From NCBI GenBank assembly GCA_951406725.2, contig OX597814.1, forward strand, positions 108,686,001-108,750,000: a stretch of DNA of 64,000 nt. The letters are read 5' to 3'. The position numbers and the translations under genes were made by a program. The notes beneath the pieces are model-generated. The model made no database searches, was not told the origin of the DNA, and was given only the letters and a program-made list of their open reading frames with translations. Below, one piece after another: positions 54,693-64,000 of this stretch. How positions within the stretch are numbered: position 1 is the first letter of the stretch; each line of letters begins with the position of its first letter. The DNA is from Octopus vulgaris (Eukaryota).

Positions 54693-55069
54693 CACTTGCG
54701 TCAGAAATTAATTAGCACTTCTCAAATTTCTACATTAAATAGGTTAAATCAATTAACCTATGAGCTGTTCAAAACGTCTTACGCGATGAGAAAACTTAGT
54801 ATGGTGTGATTTCGGTCCTTGCGAGGCGCTACCTATATCTATTAAACAAAGGAAGATTTGTCTGCATCCGCACTCCAAGTTGTTGTTGCACTATGTCAAC
54901 ATCATAAGGCTGTAAACACTCAAACTGCTCTGCAAACAAAGTTACGTCATCGTTCTGCGCAACAGTGAACTCACAACAAAGCAATAGTTCGAGATATGGC
55001 CACTAGGTGACAGCACATACCTTGAGTGAAGAGCAAATCAAGGGTGCTAATTAATTTCTGACGGTAGTG
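54693..55069. mobile_element. Tc1-type MITE inserted in (TA)n
   Basis: TA|cacttgcgtcagaaattaattagcac ... gtgctaattaatttctgacggtagtg|TA. Confidence 0.88.
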
Positions 55070-55072
55070 TAT

Positions 55073-55375
55073 ATATAATCAAAATAAGCAACAAGTATAT
55101 CTTCGGTAATTTGGTACGATCGTTTCATGCTACTTCATTTTATTAAGTATTGTAACTATTACATCAGTTTTAAAATGTTGAGCAATCTTCAGCCATTTAT
55201 AGAAGTCTTCCATCAAATGGACAATACATATACTTATTTCCAAATTACCGAAGATATACTTGTTGCTTATTTTGATTATAATCACCCAATGGATTTATAT
55301 GGATAATACCATACAAAATTCTGGTGCCTCTGACTTAAGTACCATATTCATCTGGCTCTAAATTTTGCTGAACTT
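55073..55375. mobile_element. Penelope-type inverted terminal structure with hammerhead motif
   Basis: tataatcaaaataagcaacaagtatatcttcggtaatttgg is mirrored at 55239-55280; minus strand tgg-CTGAAGA-ttgct...agcat-GAAA-cgatcg-TA-cca; same family as 63138. Confidence 0.7.
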
Positions 55376-55384
55376 ATATATATA

Positions 55385-56412
55385 TCATCATCATCATCAT
55401 CATCATTTAAGGTCCGCTTTCCATGCTAGCATGGGTTGGATGGTTCAACTGGGGTCTGGGAAGCCAGAAGGCTGCACCAGGCCCAGTCTGATCTGGCAGT
55501 GTTTCTACGGCTGGATGCCCTTCCTAACGCCAACCACTCCGTGAGTGTAGTGGGTGTTTTTTACGTGCCACCCGCACACGTGCCAGACGGGGCTGGCAAA
55601 CGGCCACGGACGGATGGTGCTTTTTACGTGCCACCGGCATGGGGACCAGGCAAGGCTGGCAACGGCCACGATCAGATGGTGCTTTTTACGTGCCACCGGC
55701 ACGGGGGCCAGTCGGGGCGGTGCTGGCAATGGACATGGTTGGGTGGTAATTTTTATGTGCCACCGGCACAGGAGCCAGGCGAGGCTGGCAACGGCCACGA
55801 TTGGATGGTGTTTTTTACATGCCAGCGGCATGGAGGCCAGTTGGGGCGGCGCTGGCCACAGCCACTATCGGATGGTACGCTTACGTGTCACCGGCACTGG
55901 TATCGCAGCTGCAATTTCCATTGATGTTGATCGACTTCGATTTTGGTTCTGATTTCTGATTTGATTTCATTTCATTTCATTTTGATTTTGATTTCCGATT
56001 TCCACTTGCCTCAACGGGTCTTCACAAGTGGGGTTTTGTGTCCCAAGAAGGAAAGGTATGCATAAGTCGACTGGCTACATACCAGGTAGAGGCCACGGGT
56101 AATGGTCTCACTAGTCCTGCCAAGTCTTCTCACGCACAGCATACTTCCATAGGTCTCGGTCTCTAGTCATCTCCTCAGTGAGACCTAAAGTTCGAAGGTC
56201 GTGCTTCACCACCTTGTCCCAGGTTTTCCTGGGTCTGCCTCTTCCACAGGTTCCCTCAACCGCTAGGGTGTGGCACTTTTACACACAGCTATCTTCATCC
56301 ATTCTCGCCACATGACCATACCAGCGCAAACGTCTCTCTTGCACACCACATCTGATGCTTCTTAGGTCCAGCTTTTCTCTCAAGGTACTTACACTCTGTC
56401 GAGTATGAACAG
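55385..56412 (-). mobile_element. 5'-truncated RTE LINE with about six 62-67-bp 3' UTR repeats
   Basis: Minus strand RQSVSTLREKLDLRSIRCGVQERRLRWYGHVARMDEDSCV; (cat)n tail at 55385; starts next to (TA)n. Confidence 0.93.
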
Positions 56413-56413
56413 A

Positions 56414-56457
<44 letters not shown>

Positions 56458-57109
56458 GAGTCTGTTTATGTTTGAAGGGCATCCAGCTGTAGAAACACTG
56501 CCAGATTTGACTGGGCCTGATGAAGCCTTCTGGCTTCACAGACCCCAGTAGAACCGTCCAACCTATGCTAGCATGGAAAACGACGCTAAACGATGATGAT
56601 GATGATGATGATGATGATGATATGTATATATGAGTCTATGCCCCACCACTGCTTGATAACCGGTATTGGTTTGTTTACATCCCTGAAACAAAGCGGGTTG
56701 GTAAAAGAGACCAGTAGAATAAGTACCAGGATTTTTTTAAAAATTAGGGATTGATTTGTTTGGGTAAAACACCTCAAGGCGGTGCCCCAGCATGGCCACA
56801 GTCTAGTGACTGAAACAAGTAAAAGATAAAAAGACAAAAGATGTGCCAGGATCTCCTTCCTGACTCTTGAGGTACTTTCAACAGTTGACTAAAGCAATAC
56901 AGCTGTAAGTTATATATGTGCAACCCTGCAGTGTGTATATATGTGTATATATATATATAAGCACACAGTCTGTTGATGGGTGTATATAATGTAATATTGA
57001 TCTGCTGGCATCTGCCATGAGGAAACTAATAAGTATCAATGGGGAGAATTTACAACTATAAATCAACAACAGCTCATGCATCAAAGGGGACTTGTGAAAT
57101 ATTGTTGTG

Positions 57110-57626
57110 TTGGAGGTGGGGGTGATGGCGGCGGCAGTGGTGACGGTGGTGGTTGTGATGGTGGTGGCAGTGGCAGTGGTAGCAGTGATAGTGGTGGTGG
57201 TGGTGGTGGTGGCGGCAGTAGCAGTGGTGGGGGACGACAGCGGTGGTGGTAGCAGTGGTAACAGTGATGGTGACCGTGGTGGCGGCGGCGGCAGCGGCAG
57301 TGGCAGTGGTAACAGTGTTGGTGGTTGTGGTGGTGGCGGCGGCGGCGGAGGCACTGGTGGAGGTGGTAGTGGTGGTGGTAGTGGTGGTGGTGTGGATAGT
57401 AGAAATAGTAGTTCGAGCGTGAAAAGTGGTTGCGGTAGAAGGAAGAGAAGTATTAGAGTGGTTCTTATCTTCTCTGAGTACTGGCCAAATCGTGTATTAA
57501 CTGCAGATATAAGGTTACTTATGATGATGATGATGATGATGATGATGAGGATGATGATGATGGTGATGGTGATGGTGATGGTGATGATGATGATGATGAT
57601 GATGATGATGGTGATGGTGATGATGA
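57110..57626. repeat. (GGT/GGC)n and (GAT)n low-complexity tract
   Basis: Direct reading of the sequence. Confidence 0.9.
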
Positions 57627-58200
57627 AAATTGTGGTTTTGGTGTTGTTGTTTAGCCCAAGGTCAGCCTAGGCTGAGCAAACCTATGATCAAAACCCAATC
57701 ATCCTAGGCCATCCCTTCCATCTTGTATGTTTTTTAATTGTTTTCAGTCGCTGGAGTGTGGCCATTCTACAGCATCACCTTGAAGTTGTTTTAGCCGAAC
57801 CAGTTGACGCTTAGTACTGATTCTTTCTAAGTCAGGTGCTATTCTGTTGGTCGCATTTTGCTGAATTGCTGAAGTTATGGGGGATATAAACAAACCGACA
57901 CTGGTTGTCACATTCTGTTGTGAGGACAAAGGCGCACACAAAGATGCACATAGACACACACACACCTAAATATATACACATATATACATACATGTGCTTT
58001 TCTATTCTGTTATTCTTTTACTTGTTTCAGTCATTTGACTCTGGTCATGCTGGAGCACTGCATTGACACTCCCCCCACCGGACTTATTTCTTAAGCTTAG
58101 TATTTATTCTGTTGGTCTCATTTGCCAAACCACTAGGATATGGGAACATACAAGCACCAGCTGTCAAGTGATGGTGGGGGGACAAACACAGACACATAGA

Positions 58201-58244
<44 letters not shown>

Positions 58245-58828
58245 CGTATATTCTTTTACTTGTTTCAGTCAATGCGGCCATGCTGGAGCACCGCTTTTAG
58301 TCGAACAATTCGACCCCAGGACTTATTCTTTGTAAGCCTAGTACTTATTCTATTGGTTTCTTTTGTTGAACTGCTAGGTTATGGGGATGTAAACACACCA
58401 ACATCGGTTGTCAAGCAATGGTGGTGGGGACAATCACAGACACACAAACATAAACACACACACACATATGTATATACATATATATGTATGTGTGTGTGTG
58501 TTTATATATATATATATATACATACACATATATATACGACAGGCTTCTTTCAGTTTCCGTCTACTAAATCCTTTGGTTGACCTGAGGCTATAGTAGAAGA
58601 CACTTGCTCAAGGTGTGGAACTGAACTCAGAACCATGTGATTGGAAAGCAAGCTTCTTATCACACAGCCATGGGCTTCTTTCAGTTTCCCATTTCCAAAT
58701 CCATTTACAAGACTTTGGTCAGCCTGAGGCTGTAGTAGAAGACACCTGACCAAGGTGCCACACAATGAGACTGAACCTGGAACCACGTGGTTGGGAAGCA
58801 AGCTTCTTATCACACAGCCACTCCTGCA

Positions 58829-58903
<75 letters not shown>

Positions 58904-59170
58904 CACTGATCACTTCCCAACACCTACACCATCATCCACACACCTACATATGCACACACGCACACATCAATGACACCAGCCCCCTTCTACATGCACATGC
59001 ATGCTCTCACGTACACATGCACATGCACCTTCGTTTTTGGATCACCACTACTTCATTATCTCCCCTTCATCCTAGCTCTTCTATGTGACCCCTCTGCCCG
59101 GCATTTGCCATGATAGATCGCTAGCCACTAAACCTTTTTCTATTTTCTCTCCTTGTTTATTTCTGTGTTT

Positions 59171-59206
59171 CTTTCTGTTGAAGAGTGTAGTCTTGAAACG
59201 TAAAAG
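59171..59206 (+). ncRNA. Minimal hammerhead-like motif with CUGUUGA core
   Basis: cttt-CTGTTGA-a-gag-tgtagt-ctt-GAAA-cg-TA-aaag. Confidence 0.5.
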
Positions 59207-59291
59207 ACTTTCTCACTTCCTTGAGCGTTAAACCAATAAATCTGTTTGTTTTGTACACACCCATCTTCGTCTTTTGTTTTTTTGTAAATTC

Positions 59292-59338
<47 letters not shown>

Positions 59339-59354
59339 TCATCAATCATCATCC

Positions 59355-59385
<31 letters not shown>

Positions 59386-61774
59386 TTAACGTCCGTTGTC
59401 CATGGCATGGGTTGGACAGTTTGACCAGAGCTGGTAAGCTGGAAGGCTGAACCAGACTCCAGTCTGATTTGGCTTGGGTTTCTACGACTGGATGCCCTTC
59501 TTAATGCCAACCACTCCAAGAGTGTAATGGGTATTTTATGGGCCTCCAGCATGGGTGCCATTTGCGTGACACCAGTATCTGCCACAACTGTGATTTTGCT
59601 TGGCTTGATGGGTCTTCTTCTCATGCACAACATAATGCCAAAGGTCTTGGTCATTGCCTACACACACACACACACACATGCATACAATGGGCTTCCACAC
59701 AACTTCTGTCCTCCAAATTCACAAACAAGGCATCAGTTGGTCTAGGTCTACAGTAGGAGACACTTGTCCAATGTGCCACTAGCAGTGCAACTGAACCCCA
59801 AATCACAAGTTTGTAAAGCAAGTTTCAAACCTGTCCCTATTCTACACATCCTTCAAACAGTGGAGTGTATATAATTTGATGAAGATTTGGCTGTTATTTC
59901 TAGCTGATTAACCATACAGCCTCACCTATGCCTTTTTATTTCTTTCCTTTTTTAACTTGTTTCTGTCATTAGACTGCGGCCATGCTGGGGCACCGCCTTG
60001 AAGAATTTTTAGTTGAATATATCAACCCCTGTACTTGTTTCCTTTTATTTTAAAGCTTGGGGCTTATTTTATCAATCTCTTTTTGTCAAAGTGCTAAGTT
60101 ATAGGGACATAAACACACCAACATCAGTTATTAAGTGGTGGCGGGGGACAAACCAGACACAAAGACACACATACGTGCATGTATACACACACACACACAC
60201 AACCACACATACATATATATACGACAGGCTTCTTTCAGTTTCCTTCTGCCAAATCCACTCACAGGGCTTTGGGTCAGCTTTGAGGCTATAGTAAAAGACA
60301 CTTGCCTAAGGTTCCACACAGTGAGATTGAACCCAGAACCATGTGGTTGGGAAGCAAACTTCTTGTCACACAGCCACACCTGCACCTATTTATTTATTTA
60401 TTTAATTATTTAATTATTTTTCTACTTTTCTCTCGACTAGTGTCCACTGGCTAACATCATCTAATAAACCATTTCTCTGAGACAGTAGGATGTGATTTGC
60501 AGGTGATTTAGCAGCTATTTCTTATTTCTTTATTACCCACGAGGGGCTAAACCTAGAGGGGACAAACAAGGACAGACAAAGGGATTAAGTCGATTACATC
60601 GATCCCAGTGTGTAACTGGTACTTAATTTATCGATCCCAAAAGGATGAAAGGCAAGGTCTACCTTCACGGAATTTGAGCTCAGAACGTTTACGGCAGACG
60701 AAATACTGATAAGCATTTTGCCTGGCATGCTAACGATTCTGCCAGCTCGCTGCCTTTAGCTGCTATTTCTAGCAGACCAAATGTCTGCATAGTGGTTTCC
60801 CTTGTTATGGCTAAATTAATGATTGTAGAAGCCACAGCAACAATTCTAGCTGCGTTAAGTGGTCGTTACCATTGTAACTCGTTAGTATTCCTGGCTGACC
60901 AAACAGCAGTATTAGTGACAAGGTCTGGTCAAGTGGAGTTGACCAGAGAACAGAGAAAAGCGGGTGGGGGAGTGGGTGGCTACTCTACAACCATAACGGC
61001 TGCTGCTGTTGCTGCAACGTCTGCTGCTGCTGCTACTACTACTACTACTACAGTGGTGTATCTAAACTTCTATCAGAGCTGCTACTACTAATACTACTAC
61101 CACTACCACCACCACCATTACTGCTGCTGCTGCTACTAGCACTATAGTACTATATCTAAACTACTATTAGAGCTGTTACTACAATTAGTACCACTGCCAC
61201 CACCACCAGCACACCACCAGCACACTACCATCACCACCACCACCACTACCACCACCACCACCAGCACATCACCACCACTACCACACCACCATCACCGCCA
61301 CTATCAGCACACTGCCACCCTCACCACCACGACTACTAAACTACTACTACTACTACTACTTGAACATCTAGTATAAGGCAATCAGTCCTGTCTTTTGCTA
61401 TTTATATGAACAAAATATTAGTGTTGGTATTAAATGAGGTTAAATGTCTCATTCTGCAAGTTTTGGTTGGTTGCACTGAGATGGTTGAGTGGGTAAGGTG
61501 CTGCACTACCAGCCCGTAGGGAGTGAGTTCAAATCTACTAGAGATTTTTTGTTGTTGTTTCTTAAAAACCAAACTGGCTCATCAACCGTGTGGTCTTGAG
61601 TTCAGTTCTACTGTGTGGCACCTTGAGCAAGTGTTTTCTATTATAGCTTAGGGCTGACCAAGGCCTTGTGAGGGAATTTGGTAGCTGGAAACTGAAAGAA
61701 GCCCATATGTACACTTGTGTGCATATGTGTGTGTGTGTGAATACTTGTCTTAACATCATTTGATGGCTGTACAT

Positions 61775-62732
61775 CAGTAGTTCTCAAACTGGGGTCTGTG
61801 GTCCCTAGAAGTGATTTTAGGGGGACTGTGAAGGGACACTAAAGTATTGTGAAAACAGGGTGGCTTGAGACAGTTAAGTTTAAAAATTTCAAAACTTTAA
61901 ATTTTTTGCATGCTATCATCCTTTTTTGCTAATCACACTTGTTCAACAAGAGTGATTGGCAGATAGAAAATATGTGGGTATAATGGTTGATCGTGTACAT
62001 GCTGTCGGTATTTTTCTTTTCACATTTGTTTTGTAACCAACTGATCAACTGATTCCCCATATTTTCACATGCATTTATTGTATCCCAATAAGGCAGCAAG
62101 CTGGCAGAAACATTAGAACGCCAAGTGAAATGCTTAGCGGTATTTCATCTGCCGCTATGTTCTGAGTTCAAATTCCGCCAAGGTCGACTTTGCCTTTCAT
62201 CCTTTTGGGGTCGATTAAATAAGTACCAGTTACACACTGGGGTCGATATAATCGATTTAATCCATTTATCTGTCCTTGTTTGTCTTCTCTGTGTTTAGCC
62301 CCTTGTGGGTCGTAAAGAAATAGAAACAGGTATTTCGTCTGCCGCAACGTTCTGAGTTCAATTTCCGCTGAGGTCGACTTTGCCTTTCATCCTTTTGTGG
62401 TCGATTAAATAAGTACCAGTTACACACTGGGGTTGATATAATTGACTTAATTCCTTTGTCTGTCCTTGTTTGTCCCCTCTATGTTTAGCCCCCTGTAGGT
62501 AATAAAGAAATAATTTATTGTATCCCAATGAGGCACTGCCTGGATTAAGTTGTGGTTTTGGGGGTTGCAAGTCTATGGGCAGTGCGGTTCATAGTCCAGA
62601 AATTATGGTACACGAATGTATGTCATTTTTCCCATGCTGATTATCCTGCATTTTATAGGGGACTGCGAATCATCGAAAAAAACTATAAGGGGATCGGTAT
62701 CTAAAATCTTTTGAAAAGTTTGCAAACCACTG
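61775..62732. mobile_element. hAT (Buster-like) MITE containing a nested SINE
   Basis: TIRs cagtagttctcaaact / agtttgcaaaccactg; imperfect 8-bp TSD ctgtacat / ttgtactt with central TA. Confidence 0.75.
62090..62512 (+). mobile_element. Deu/Nin-like SINE with duplicated body and 17-bp TSD
   Basis: TSD atttattgtatcccaat at 62073-62089 and 62513-62529. Confidence 0.9.
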
Positions 62733-63097
62733 TTGTACTTGAACATTATTGTCATACAAGCAATGTTGCTCATTCCCTATCTTCTGTCAAGAGACCTGTC
62801 TAGCCACGGAGAAACTATTACCCTATTTGGAAACAGGTGAGGGCTGATGACAGGAAGGGCATCCAGCCACAGAAAATCTGATTCAAATTCTATTTGACCC
62901 ATACAAGAATGATAAAGTGGACATTAAATGATGATGATGATGATGATGATGATGTAGCAAGCAGTTGGGGTCAGGATGAGGCATTGGAGAAATAAGCCTC
63001 ATAGTAAAATAAATGGGCCCAACATAGTTAAAATTTGAGAAGTTTTGGTGGTCCACAAAGGTAGGATTTGGGGTTTGTGAACTAAATTCAAAATTTC

Positions 63098-63137
<40 letters not shown>

Positions 63138-63142
<5 letters not shown>

Positions 63143-63570
63143 ATCAAATTAAGCAACAGGATATCCAGAGGTAATGCAGTACAATCGTTTCAAGCAACAC
63201 CATTTAATTGAACAATGCAGTCATTTCATCAATTTAAATGCAGAGCAAGCTTCTAAGCTGAAGTGAAGACAGCATGTTCTTTGTCTATCTCCTTACCTTC
63301 TTGGAGATTTTAAGTAAAATTATACAAATGTGTTCGTCTGTTTTAATTTAATTAAATTCTGTCTTTATGCAGCTGAGGATTGCTCTGCATTTAAATTGAT
63401 GTAATGATTGCATTGTTCAATTGAATGGAGTCGCTTGAAACAATTGTACTGCATTACCTCTGGATATCCTTGTTGCATATTTTGATTTTAATCACCTTAT
63501 TTTGAAACTGTATGGATAATACCGCATTAAATTCTGGTGCCTCATCTTAAGTACCTTATTCATCTGAATC
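63138..63570. mobile_element. Penelope-type fold-back with hammerhead motif
   Basis: 63140-63260 is mirrored at 63365-63490; atgcag-CTGAGGA...GAAA-caattg-TA-ctgcat at 63367-63454. Confidence 0.72.
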
Positions 63571-63882
63571 TCTCTGCCTGTCTGTCTGTCTCTCTCTCTC
63601 TCTATATATATATACATACACACACATATATATGTATGTATAGAGTATTAGGTGTGATGTACAGAATTGAATATTAAGAAAAAAAGTCGTCAGAATTTTG
63701 GAAAAAAATCCTTTCATTTCTTCATTATTATTAGCGCTTTCATTCCTCTCTAGAACTTGTCAAATACAATTTTGTGAAAGTACAAACAACTTGTTCATTC
63801 ATATAAAACAGATGTTTTTTGGGGGTTTTGTTTAGAAGAGAACTTTGTTTTTGTTTATTTTGGGTGAGGTTCCATAGAAATA

Positions 63883-63939
63883 TAGGTAGGTAGGTAGATA
63901 GGCTGATAGACAGACAGACAGACAGACAGATAGATAGAC

Positions 63940-64000
<61 letters not shown>
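63883..64000. repeat. (GACA)n/(GATA)n microsatellite running off the window end
   Basis: Direct reading of the sequence. Confidence 0.97.

Noticed and set aside
57107-57670. 187-aa Gly/Val/Met-rich ORF and the antisense Pro/Thr-rich ORF
   Set aside because: Trinucleotide low-complexity tract with no convincing splice or start context

Overview
Eukaryotic, AT-rich, repeat-saturated DNA with no prokaryotic features. The repeat content (abundant tRNA-derived SINEs, RTE LINEs with (ATG)n tails, dense microsatellites) looks like an octopus/cephalopod genome; that is an inference from remembered repeat families. Almost all ORF-track entries are microsatellite artefacts. The real coding remnants are decayed transposons: RTE LINEs carrying a PHD-like C4HC3 finger, RLE-type non-LTR elements (R4/Dong-like in (TAA)n, HERO/NeSL-like), a Helitron with a PIF1-helicase fragment, maT/DD37D and mariner elements, a Buster-type hAT, and several MITEs with clear TIRs/TSDs. 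Two signals go beyond routine repeats. (1) A chain of small + strand exons (34080-50605, possible upstream exons at 24.9-26.1 kb) encodes an unidentified host protein starting MASDKKGKLAMEEMSL; the chain stays in frame only if one A is removed from an A7 run. (2) About nine minimal hammerhead-ribozyme motifs occur, several inside long Penelope-type fold-back repeats, including one apparently intact copy (53867-53920) and a three-copy family with a non-canonical CUGUNGA core. I found no convincing evidence for a wholly new system.
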